Made by a program: the position numbers and the translations under genes. DNA of 63,784 nucleotides, filler included, from Collodictyon triciliatum (lineage: Eukaryota): NCBI GenBank assembly GCA_043381765.1. It is 6 parts of 6 records of this genome, joined end to end, with 100 filler letters (N's around TTAATTAATTAA, not from the genome) between each part and the next. Parts side by side here need not be neighbours in the genome. Positions count along the whole stretch, not along the records: positions 11,940 to 23,778 come from JBHJMP010002299.1; positions 23,879 to 35,714 come from JBHJMP010002300.1; 4 more parts are not named here. One strand, written 5' to 3'. Under the pieces are notes generated by a model that worked only from the letters and a program-made list of their open reading frames with translations, had not been told where the DNA came from and made no database searches. Below, piece by piece: positions 12,430 to 24,061 of this stretch (its first letter is position 1; every line of letters begins with the position of its first letter).

Positions 12430-14844
12430 ATGGCTGAGAGAAGGGCGATGCAAAAATATTACCCGCCAGACTGGACACCCGATCAGGTATTTCTCCCTCC
12501 CATTCATCTTTTTTCTTTCGTTTTGTTTTCCTCTTGGTTGTTTTTATTGTTCTATTCCATTTATTCACTACAGAGGGCTTACAAATTTCTTTTGACTTCT
12601 CGCATCCACTCACTCAGACCCGTCGCTTTCTAATGACAGGGCTCCATCAACAAGTATGTTGGACAGCATCCTCTGCGAGACCGTGCCAAGAAGCTTGACC
12701 AGGGAATTCTTGTTATTCGGTACTGGACTGTCTTTTAATTGATATATTACTTCACTTAAATAATGATCCGCGATAGCAGAAAACGGATTACCACACGTTG
12801 AATTTGATTTTTATTCTTTAATGTGAAGCTTGACTTGGGTGTGGAAGATGATGACCGAAGCATACCTAGAATACAATAACTTTACAAATANNNNNNNNNN
12901 NNNNNNNNNNNNNNNNNNNNNNNNNNNNNNNNNNNNNNNNNNNNNNNNNNNNNNNNNNNNNNNNNNNNNNNNNNNNNNNNNNNNNNNNNNNNNNNNNNNN
13001 NNNNNNNNNNNNNNNNNNNNNNNNNNNNNNNNNNNNNNNNNNNNNNNNNNNNNNNNNNNNNNNNNNNNNNNNNNNNNNNNNNNNNNNNNNNNNNNNNNNN
13101 NNNNNNNNNNNNNNNNNNNNNNNNNNNNNNNNNNNNNNNNNNNNNNNNNNNNNNNNNNNNNNNNNNNNNNNNNNNNNNNNNNNNNNNNNNNNNNNNNNNN
13201 NNNNNNNNNNNNNNNNNNNNNNNNNNNNNNNNNNNNNNNNNNNNNNNNNNNNNNNNNNNNNNNNNNNNNNNNNNNNNNNNNNNNNNNNNNNNNNNNNNNN
13301 NNNNNNNNNNNNNNNNNNNNNNNNNNNNNNNNNNNNNNNNNNNNNNNNNNNNNNNNNNNNNNNNTTGAAGTTCGAACCGACCCGAAGGTCAGGCAGCTTT
13401 CATTTCATCCACCGCTTCTCTCATGTTCAAGGTGTATTCCTATGGTGAAGAATCTTATCAAATAAATATAAAAAAATATCACTTACACAACATACCGAAG
13501 GCGCGGGATTATGTCTTGGAAAAAGGTGCACGCAGAGTCGAGGAGACACCGCAAGAAACAGCAGAGGAAAGAGGAGTAATCGAATTGCAGGTACATGCAA
13601 CACCACACAACAATTTTGCAAATGGACAAAACCAACATTTTGAAGCAAGAATTCTAAGTCATCCCACTGGGAGACTTTTCTTGCTGCTTTAAAATGAATC
13701 AGATATTCGAAGTGGCTAAATATTTATTGAAGAGGAAGGAGTCACCTTATTTGAACATAATTTTAGACAGATGAAGAAGTGAATAAAATTCGGAGCGATG
13801 CATTTTACAAATTAGAACATCAGCAGGTTGACATTTGTACGCATACATGCTTGAGAAATAAAGGAATTAATGTTGAATTATTTTTTTTTTTTGAAATCGA
13901 ATCTCACTATTCTTAAGTTTTTTTTTTTTTACGCCATCGATATCTTTTTCAAAAAATGAGATCAAATCTTCGCGACGATTACATCCAATAATCTCATTTC
14001 TTTTTCTTTCTTGAGAAGAATGAGCATAATTTTTTTTGACATATCTAATGTTCTTTCATCGAATCAATTAGAAAGACGAAATTAAAGGTAAAGATGCACT
14101 CGTATATTTGACTGAACTGAAAGAAGTCACTGACCGTAACCACCGGTTGGACTATGACCTTGGGAGCATTGCAAGGAAGAAATTCAGAGTATGAAACTGA
14201 TATTGGTTAATATTCTGTCTGACTAATTCCAATTTGCATGAAACAAATGGTGCATCCTACAAATTTGAAAGCTATTTTTTGATTTACCTGCTTATTTTGC
14301 TTTTCAAAAGCTTTTCAAAATACCGTGAAAAGGCACCGTTTTAAAATGAATGACGTGTTTGTTGAAACCAAAGGAGGAGAAAAAGACCCTGGAAGCAAAG
14401 GAGAAAGAAGACCAAAAAATACGCGATTCCGGTATATACATCCCGCTACTCGAAAAGTCAGAAGAAGATGCATCCTTGGCAAACCGCACGACATTCAGAA
14501 GCGAAATGGTATGCAAGAAGGTGTACCCGTGGTGTGTCCTAATTGAACACGTTACCCACTTTTCTTTATCTAAATCCTTCTCTTGGGGCGCACAGCAACT
14601 TTGTTTCACATATCTCAATTTTTAGGCTAGTCAGAAGCAGCGCATGAAAAGAATGCAGATACAAGCCGCTCCTATTTTCCCAAAGAGCCAGAAAAGCGCC
14701 ATCACAAACACCCCGCAACTGCTCTTGCTTGCAGCGAAAGTAAAAGCAGAGCGAAAGAGGAAACTTGCAACCCAAAGCGCCCCACCAAAGAAATCATCTC
14801 TGACCGTCGAAGTGATTTCCAATCCGTCTGAAAAGAAAAAGTAA
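12430..14844 (+). CDS. CCDC130: Splicing factor CCDC130/YJU2B (CWC16 family), multi-exon, with an internal N gap
   Basis: MAERRAMQKYYPPDWTPDQ|GSINKYVGQHPLRDRAKKLDQGILVIR; EVRTDPK|ARDYVLEKGARR. Confidence 0.92.
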
Positions 14845-15150
14845 TGCAAGTAGCAGGAGATGCCTCACTAATTAAAGTTAGAAAGCAACCTCGCTGTTGT
14901 TGTGTGGGTGTTCACCAAATGCCAAACAAACGAAAGGAACAAACCAAAGCTGTCAGCCGTTGTCGTATACTTTATGCTGCATCATATGCAGATTATCAGT
15001 ATTTTCTTGTGTGCGATCGTTTTGATCAATCCGTCAAACTCCACCTCCAAAAAAGAAGAAAACAAAAAACAAAGAAAAATCACCCTTACCGCGCACCCAG
15101 ACTCAGTCTAACAAAACCCTCGGCTTTCTCGACCAGAACCCAAGAAGTTG

Positions 15151-18093
15151 ATGAGATCTCAAGGCCCGCAGCGCCAGATTCTTCGTGCACTCGCTGGAGT
15201 CGTCTTGCTGTGGACTCTTTTTGCGTTGTGGGCAAAGGTCAAAGAATACAGCGTTACCCAATCAGCGATCAGCGAAGGTTCGCCGCACACTCTGGTTTCA
15301 TGAACCCAAGAAAAGATTCCCCAGTGACACAGCATTCAGTGCTGCCTTTTATTTTTATACATAACTGCGTAATTAAGGCGAATAATTAACATAATTAATT
15401 TGTTTAATTAAAAATATGAAGAATACATAACATGTAATTATGCAGCATTCAATAAACATAATAAAATGAAAACAAGATATAAAAAGATATAAGCAAGATA
15501 TAAAAAGATACACGCCAGATATACACCAGATATACGCCAGATATAAAAAATAGAAACAAGATACTTAAAAATATAAACAGTATATAAGCAATATATAAAC
15601 ACGATATAAACAAGGTACAAGCAATATAAAAAGCACACAAATCATTTCATATGAAAGGAAACAACACGCCACTTTTAAATCATGCAAACTATATATCATT
15701 TCTCTTTTGCTGCCATAATTTTTTTAAAGGATACCAAATATCGGGTCACTGTTAAATCAAAAAAAAAAAAAACCCTACTAAACAACCAGTGAGTGGCCGA
15801 GCTTTTGTCACAATCGTTGAAAGGGAGGATGATGTGTTAGCAGCTGAATTCTGGGTCCGTTCTGTCTATCAAAGTCATGGACGTAGTGCTCACCCGGTTT
15901 TGATTATCCCGACCGCAATATCAGAGGAATCCATAGTGCGATTAGAGTCTGTTCGTGCAGCAATTGTGACAGAGTCTATGCTCCAGGAGTATCTCCAACC
16001 CCCGAAGCAGTCTACAGGCAACACCAACAATAAGGATACCACCAAAAGTATCAATTCTAATCGAAGTTCTGAGAGCGAGAGCGATAAGCACCAGATATCT
16101 GGGTTCCCAGTAAGCTTTTCGAACTTGCGACTGGCTTGCAAGGATTATTCCAAGATTCATGGGAGCCAAAATTGCCCCTATTGGAGAGCTTTGGTGTTTT
16201 CACTAGGGAAATATCATACAATAGCATACAGCGACCCGAATATTATACTTCTTGGCAACCTATCGCATTTGATGAAGGGAAAGGATTCTTACCTACTCGG
16301 GCCATATGAAAAGGACATCACAATTCCATCTTTCTTTGTATGGAGAAAGTCTCATCAATCGAAGAGTGTTTTCTACAACTCCTTTAGACAGTTGGAAGAG
16401 GGTCTTTCAAAAAGAACCCCACAAAAAGATCCACTTACTCTGCTTGATGTTGCCATTCAATACAGTCTGTCCATAGAAACAGTACCGAAGGATGTTCCAT
16501 ACACATTGGAAAAACTGTCAGATTTTTCAAAAACACACCCAATTTCCAAAGTCCATCCCAAGGGCTTCATCATGTACTCTTGGGACAAAGTAAAGGGAGA
16601 TTCTCAATCTGGAAAGAGTTCGATATGCGGGCCAGAGCCGTACAGTCCGAGAGGAAAAGGCCTGGATGCAGCACTTTGGTCTTTATGGCATGATGTTGAC
16701 TCAATTTTAAATGGTCTGAACCATTGTAATGTCCTATCTTCTTTCCCTTCTCTTTTATTTATTTATTTATTTTTTAATATTTAGATTTGAGCTGTTATTT
16801 CTCCGAACCGTTTCGTCACTCCACTTTATGAAAACCATTAACTTTTTTTTAAAAAAATAAAAAAATATGCCATCTAGATGTCAGGGAACCTCTTGTAAAT
16901 GCGCAGGAAGAAAGCGACTGCCGTTATATTGCAGACAATCTACACGAACATAACTTCACCGCTGTTGTGTATAGTTTAGGATACGTAAGAAAGCTGAAAT
17001 GTTGATTAATGAATATATGATTATTCGCCTTGTGCCCTTTGATTGTTTCGAACTTTATTTTTTTTTAATATCAGAATATCAATCGCGTGGTGCATATGAA
17101 GACTATGATTGGAAAGCTTTCAAATTTTAAAGAATGCCACAAAATCATACTTGTTTGGAATACGATGCAAGAGCCCTCCCCCTCATTTCTGGGATTATGT
17201 ACTCTATTCATCACGAATCATGCCATGCTTAATTTTTAATTCCAAGTAACCATGCGTCGACAATTTTTTTTTCGTCGTATGGTGGGTTTTTATATAAGAG
17301 AAAATATGACCAGACTTGTAACATCAAATTGCCATTTCCAGATGAAAAATATCCGAATCTTGAGTCGAAGCTGGTTGTTAAGGCGCAAGATTATGCGAGC
17401 CCCAATAACAGATTCCGACCCTTCAAAGAAATCGAAACAAGGGCTGTTCTTGTGATGAACGACAACGTTCTTCTCAAAGACGATGACATTCCTCTCATAT
17501 TCCGGACCTCAATTCAACTCCGAAAAACCCTTCTCGGAATCGACGGAGAACTTCACCACGATTTCAACGGTAGTTGGAAGATTTTGGAGAGTAAAGGAAA
17601 GACTTTCGAATATTCCATAGTATTGCCTCATGTATTAGCCTTTGACAGGGAATATCTATACAACTACACATGCAAGATGAACAAGGGTATTCGGAAATAC
17701 GTCGATTCGGCCGGTTATTGTGAAGATATAGCACTCAACATGCTAATTGCTGATGCTACTAAGATTCCTCCAATGTTGGTAGAGGCTCGTCCTACGATAT
17801 ACAATGAGGCTGATGGGGTTGATGTCCAAACCTTAAAAAAAGTCCGTGTCCAATGTCTCAATTCGATTAATGACCTATATAATTCAAAAATGCCACTCAA
17901 AACCACATCCAATATGATTCGCCCATATTTTTCAAACAATGTGGAGAGATTTGTGATGAAATCAGATGGGTCTATTGAGAACGTTTATGTTTACTACGCA
18001 CACATGGCCAATTCTGCAAGTGTCTACGTGTTGATTTCCTGCATCGTAATCTACTACGTTTTTAAGAAATCGAACCACCCAATCTTTCGCTGA
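15151..18093 (+). CDS. Membrane glycosyltransferase with fused GT8-like and GT64 (EXTL2/EPC1-like) domains, five exons
   Basis: N-terminal TM in exon 1. GT8-like RAFVTIV...VFSLGKYHTIAYSDPNIILLGNLSHL. GT64 motifs FTAVVYS, KIILVWN, SPNNRFRPF, CEDIALNMLIA, RVQCLN. C-terminal TM. Exon phases are compatible. Confidence 0.8.
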
Positions 18094-18496
18094 ATGGAAA
18101 ACATGACAGACTTTGACCGTCCCCGAAGCGATTAATCTATTATATTCTTTCATTCATTTTTTTAAAATAAAATTAAGATGAATAATAAAGCTTCACATGA
18201 TATTTGAAGGGACAAAAGGAGTGGGCGAGGCCTTTGAAGCACAAAGCATGGAATAAAAAAACGATAAAAATAAATATAAAAGTATAAAAAAATCGCATTT
18301 TTTGCATTATCTATGGGGAACCCATGACAGAGCCTGAACACATTCGCCTCGTTAGGGTTCATCCCTTTATATGAAAAACACTAAGGAAAAAGATATTCCA
18401 AACGTCTTCTTCCTTGATGCAGGCCGCTCGAATCAGGGCCAAAAGTGGTGTTGTGCTTTGCGCGAACATTCCATCGGTTTCAACACATATGGAAAA

Positions 18497-19139
18497 CTAA
18501 TGACGCGTTTTGAGCTCTACTCTTGTAGAAACACGCTTCGATGGTCTTTTCGCAGTCTCCGCAGCCTTATCTATGGGTAATTGCCAACACGGTCGAGGGC
18601 TGAGCCAATTAGAAAAACCGGACTCAAAAAACAACTGGTGATTGTGGTGTTGCACAAACTAGAAGGCAGCTTGAGCCTGTTGGGGCGACGTTTATCAACC
18701 CTAACAAGTGGAACCCCTACCATACTTTTTTGCCTGCCACAAAATGTTGTAACCACAGGCTCGTTCAAAAGTATCGAGAAACTCTCGATTGTCATTTATT
18801 TCTTGCAGGCTTCAAAGCGATTCGGTCTTTTCTACCAACGAGTGTTTGAAGCCTCGAGCCAAGGAGTCACGCATGTTATCTTGCCTTTCCTTTATCCCCT
18901 TTCTGCCCACTGACTACCGTGAGCACTTTGTCGGTGAATGAAGTTATGGATATTCACAACACGCACTTGCTGCATCCGGTCTCTTTTCAGTGATCTCTTT
19001 CCTCCCCTCCCAACATCTGCTCATCTCTGCTCGTGTGCCTCGTCAATATCAGAACCACGCTGTTCTTTCCATCTCCCCTTTCCCACATTAACTGGCTACC
19101 AATCCTGAGCCTTATCAAACGGAAGCTCAAGCTCTGCAT
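18497..19139 (-). CDS. Hypothetical small protein (~85 aa), four exons
   Basis: Three phase-1 GT-AG introns join MQSLSFRLIRLRI|DRMQQVRVVNIHNFIHRQSAH|EINDNREFLDTFERACGYNILWQAKKY|DKAAETAKRPSKRVSTRVELKTRH*. No family recognised. Confidence 0.45.
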
Positions 19140-19513
19140 CTTGGCTCTTTGAGTCTGGTGTAGAATCACTGAGCGAATACCCCTTTAATCGGTTCTGACG
19201 AGCAGCGTCGGCATAAATGATGTCATTCGGCCTCGTTTTCCTTCCAGTTTCCCGCAATTATCAGACAGGAATTGCGAATCCGTTTTCTGTTGTGATCAAA
19301 CGCGGATTGACAGATCATCGCTGTTCATCCAAACGAGCTTTTCTATTTGCCTTTGCCTTGGTGTTTCTGTTTGTGTTCGTCTTTGTCCTCGTGTTTGTCT
19401 TTCGGGTGAACTAACTAGTTTCACACTTTATGAGCGATCTGCGGATAAAAAACGTTTTCTGCGTTTCTTTTTCTAACCCCGTGGAAATATGAAGGTTTGG
19501 TGGAAGCTTTGCG

Positions 19514-20019
19514 ATGACCCGACAAGGACGTGTTCCCTCGCAACTCATGCGCTTCCTTGTGCTTTGCTTTGCGCTTCACTTGCTCTCTCTGACTGCAGAG
19601 TGTGCGCCTCGTCTTCGTGCGAAGAAGGATGGAAGCAGCGCTCAAGATGAAGCAGAGCACGCTAATCTACTTGATATCGAACTCAAACGTGCTGAGGTAT
19701 GTCATACCATGGTTCGCTTAGTAGCCTTTTGGCATAGCGCAGATGGAGAAGAAAGAGCTTTGCAACGAACCTCGCGTTCAAAGCTTGTATTAACGATGCT
19801 AATTTCGTTTTTATTGTGAACCCTGGATAGGTGGATGGCCAAGGTATTTTCTCTTCGAATAATAAATATATAAATACCAAACTACTCATTCCTTGCACAA
19901 TAAAGGATTGGTTTTGATTCATTTTGATTCCATAATACAGGAAGCGAGACCTCCGATGTTGAAAGTATTCGCCCTACGCGTAAAAGCTTTACTTTTCATT
20001 TACTTTTTTCCTGCGTCAT

Positions 20020-20111
<92 letters not shown>

Positions 20112-22882
20112 AGTTAATATGAGGATTTACTAAATCTCCTTGGAAAAAAAAAAGCCAACTTTAGTGCATCATATTGGGCGGACCCTGAAGAGCCAACTGG
20201 TGACCATGAAGGTAGCTATCATGACATTGTGCGGATTACCGAACCATTGATAGTTTTTCAAAAAATCAATGAATATAACTTTTTCTTTTCAGAGACAACT
20301 ATTTCAACGCAACGCCCGCCTCGCCCATCTCCCACCAGACGTGATTTTAATCATGATACCACATACATGTTAAAGCGTAATACAATTTGCATTATATTTA
20401 AACATACATATGACAGAGCGCTTCAATGTGACACGACGCCCGCCTCGCCCATCACCCACCAGACGTGATTTTAATCATGATACCACATACATGTTAAAGC
20501 GTAATACGATTTGCATTATATTTAAACATGCATATAACAGAGCGCTTCAATGTGACACGACGCCCGCCTCGCCCATCACCCACCAGACGTGATTTTAATC
20601 ATGATACCACATACATGTTAAAGCGTAATAGAATTTGCATTATATTTAAACATACATATGACAGAGCGCTTCAATGTGACACGACGCCCGCCTCGCCCAT
20701 CGCCTTCTAGAAGTGAATTTCGCTTATCGCTCTGCATACTTTTCTTTCTTTTCATTATTTCTATATATATCTGTGAAGCCAAATCGTAGAACTTCATTAA
20801 CTATATATATTTAGAATCGATAAAAATAACACGTCGTCCAATGCGCTCTTCATTCTCGAGAAGTCAGTTTTCATTGCGCCTACACTATTTGTTCAATATA
20901 TGTCACTAAAAATTGAGAGCCTTTTTTTTTCGGCACAGGATCTTCCAAACCTACCCGATTCTCCAACATGCCATCGCTTCCTTCGAGAAGTGAATTCATA
21001 TGGAAAATAATGATTTTTTTATATTTTTTTGAATACCAGTGGATGTGTCCCATTTACATGGTATACATTTCATGACCAATCATTCGAAATAATGGTGGCT
21101 TCATTCTGTTTCAGACCCACTCAACCCAACTCGATTCCCGAACATGCCGTCTCTTCCGTCAAAGAGTATAACTTGCTTCACAAAAACAGATATACTAATT
21201 AGGAATCAACTTCATATACACTTTTAACAAATGCATACCATTCTAGACCCCTTCAATGTTACTCGGTTCCCGAACATGCCGTCTCTTCCATCAAAGAGTA
21301 TAACTTGCTTCACAAAAACAGATATACTAATTAGGAATCAACTTCATATACACTTTTAACAAATGCATATCATCCAGACCCACTCAACCCAACTCGGTTC
21401 CCGAACATGCCGTCTCTGCGTTCTAGAAGTATATTTTCCAACCACCAAGAAACCTTCTTTTTACTGAATGCCCCAACTAGAATCCCGATATTTTTTCGTT
21501 GCTCATATATGTCCTTTAATTTGTAAACATATTTTTAACTTATTGATTTTTCTTTTTTCAATTTAAAAGACCCTTTCGACATGACCCGCCTTCCACCAAG
21601 GAGATCTCCATCACGAAGTGAGCCAATCATGATATTACATAACCACATCGCAATCGTATCTGTCTACATGACCAACTTTTTCCTTTTTGATTTGATTCCT
21701 GCTGAGGAACATATGCGACCAAGCCAACCATCTGCAAACTGCCTTCATTAGGACCTAGGAAGCCAACAAAGACCCGACAGCCGGAGAGGAGTCCAAGTCA
21801 AACACGTAAGAGTCATTAAACCGGCACATAAACATCATATGGGGCACAGTGAAATGCGCTGTTTCTTGTTCCACACCTGGAGGATACCCCACTTGTTAAT
21901 TTTAATTGAAGCCGTGATGCCCGCGGAATTATCATTTCCTGCTACTTGCAGTCACAGAAATAACCAGGCATTTTTGTTTGTATTTTTACCTTAGGAGAGC
22001 CTCCACAAATGATTCAGATGACTTTGAAAGGAGAGGTGGCCACTTTCAACCGAGATGAATTTATTCGCCATGTTTCCCAGGCATCAAAAGTTGCGCACAG
22101 CCAGATTGTGATTGTTTCCATCACGAACGTCTCCGACCGACTCATGAAAACCTCAAACAACACATCACCGAATGCCCGCGTTTTGGTGATGTTTGAAGTC
22201 CACGGACACAAGTCACAGTCTTCCCAGGCGGCTGCAGAAAGTGTCATGTCTGCCGTAGAGAAGGGACACCCGGTAATCCGTCTTTTTACTCTATTGCATA
22301 CTGCGTGATATTTCCGAAAAGATAAACTTATCAGTCTCGAATCCCATGCAACTTTCGCAATCAAAACTAGGACTTGGTGAATATCAATTTGATTCATGCG
22401 CAAATGAACGATTCCGATCCGGTCGTATACGTGCCCGACGTGAGTAAACGCGCCCCTCAAAACCTGCTGATGCATCACATCCCCGCTTTGCCCTTACATC
22501 GTCTCCCTCATTCGTAGTTTGAGTATGATGACAATGAGGATGACGACAACGACGAGGACGAAGGCGATGACGATGATGATGACGATGAAGACAAAGCGGA
22601 AGGTTTCAAAAAAGTCATCATCGTGGTTGCTGCGCTCGGGGCAGTTTTCATCTTGATTCCACTGGCCTATTTCTCCTTCCGTCCGCGACCCAGTAGCACA
22701 AAAGGTTATCTATACACCCTTCCACTGCCTCGTCACCATTATCGTCATCATCATCAAGAAACTGATACATGCCATCAACCCCAGAGTCATTGCTCGACGT
22801 TGAAGCCACGGGAGAAATGGAGGCTCAGCAAACAGAAAGAGACGCCCCCGAGAACGCAGTCTTCGAGATGCGTGAGCTCTGA
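19514..22882 (+). CDS. Type I membrane protein: signal peptide, mini-exon-encoded Pro/Arg/Ser/Thr stalk, SEA-like domain, acidic tract, TM, short tail (~19 exons)
   Basis: Signal MRFLVLCFALHLLSLTAEC. Mini-exons 19831-21805. SEA-like IQMTLKGEVATFNRDEF...IVIVSITN...VLVMFEV. TM VIIVVAALGAVFILIPLAYFSF. Stop TGA 22880-22882. Confidence 0.8.
20293..20712 (+). repeat. 124-bp tandem repeat (48-nt exon + 76-nt intron), about 3.4 copies
   Basis: GTGATTTTAATCATG recurs at 20341, 20465 and 20589. Confidence 0.95.
21115..21428 (+). repeat. ~132-bp tandem repeat (51-nt exon + intron), about 2.4 copies
   Basis: GTATAACTTGCTTCAC recurs at 21166 and 21298; three exon copies. Confidence 0.92.
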
Positions 22883-22937
22883 ACAGATGAACCCATGGCG
22901 GGGACATAAAGCAACCCTTACAACCAAAGCCGGTTGT

Positions 22938-23665
22938 TTATAAACCCACGCCACGAGGCAGAGCCCACGGAGGCGGATTGCGCAAAGCCAGCCGCGCGTG
23001 CGCTTGTTCAGCCTCGCGCTCTTCCCGCAGCCTTCTCTGCTCGGCTCTCCACTGGTCGTCTTCCTTCATGCAGCAGCGCTTGTACTGCCGCAAAGACCCG
23101 CAGTGGCACGGCCGCCGGTCGCTCCCACAACATGCCTTGAACTTGAGTCCAGACCCACACGGGCAGAGTTGGCTGCGTCGCGCGTCAAGCGGCTCCTCCG
23201 GCAGCGGCGGAAGGACGGGCTGTTCTCCGCGCTGGAGACTGCAGTTTAAGGAAGAAGAAAAAAAAAGGCATGAAAAAAAAAAAAGGAAAGAAAAAGGACA
23301 GGCACGAACGGTCTGATGCTGGCGATCAGCAGCAAAGTTGCTTACGTGGCAGGCTGATTGCGAAGCTGGCGATCGAGCTGCTCCGCTGTGTATGTGCCCG
23401 GCAAGGCGATTCCGTCTGGATTGAAGGCTGCGTATGCGCTCCACTCGCCTGCTTTCCTTGTCCCGAGATTGCGGAATGGAAGGACTAGGCATGTCACAAG
23501 AAAGAAGACAGCGACAAAGTCCGCCCACACAGAAACGCAGCCGCAGAGGAGCCACGCAGAAAAAGCTGTTCGATGGGTGTTGATCCAGCTGACGACCTGT
23601 GACCCGAGGCTGCTTGATGGGCTGGAGGACGCGGTCCGCGCGTTTTGTGGTGTTTGTTGCGGCAT
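22938..23665 (-). CDS. SAYSD1: SAYSvFN-domain protein (SAYSD1 homolog) with two C-terminal SEC-C metal-binding motifs, two exons
   Basis: TM hairpin then NLGTRKAGEWSAYAAFNPDGIALPGTYTAEQLDRQLR. A phase-2 GTAAGC...CAG intron joins it in frame to CPCGSGLKFKACC and CHCGSLRQYKRCC. Confidence 0.85.
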
Positions 23666-23696
23666 AGCTGACTGAAGCCGTTGTACTCGTATTTTG

Positions 23697-23770
<74 letters not shown>

Positions 23771-23778
23771 TTTTTTTT

Positions 23779-23878
23779 NNNNNNNNNNNNNNNNNNNNNN
23801 NNNNNNNNNNNNNNNNNNNNNNTTAATTAATTAANNNNNNNNNNNNNNNNNNNNNNNNNNNNNNNNNNNNNNNNNNNN
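23779..23878. other. Assembly linker
   Basis: 44N + TTAATTAATTAA + 44N. Confidence 0.97.
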
Positions 23879-24061
23879 AACAAAAAAAAAAACAAAAAAC
23901 AAAAAAAAAACAAAAAAAACAAAAAAAACAAAAAACAAAAACAAACAAAAAACAAACAAAAAACAAAAACAAAAAAAACATTTTTCTTGTTGAACTCGTT
24001 TCATGGAGCCCTTTTACCAGGAGATCATTTGCATTGAGATAACAAAACTCAGCTGGGACCG

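Noticed and set aside
18985-19100. Split TGA codon suggesting selenocysteine or readthrough in the small minus-strand gene
   Set aside because: A different reading frame with the adjacent AG acceptor gives an open frame without TGA.
20293-21428. CRISPR-like repeat-spacer array
   Set aside because: The intervening sequences are near-identical GT-AG introns and the repeats are coding exons; no cas genes are present.
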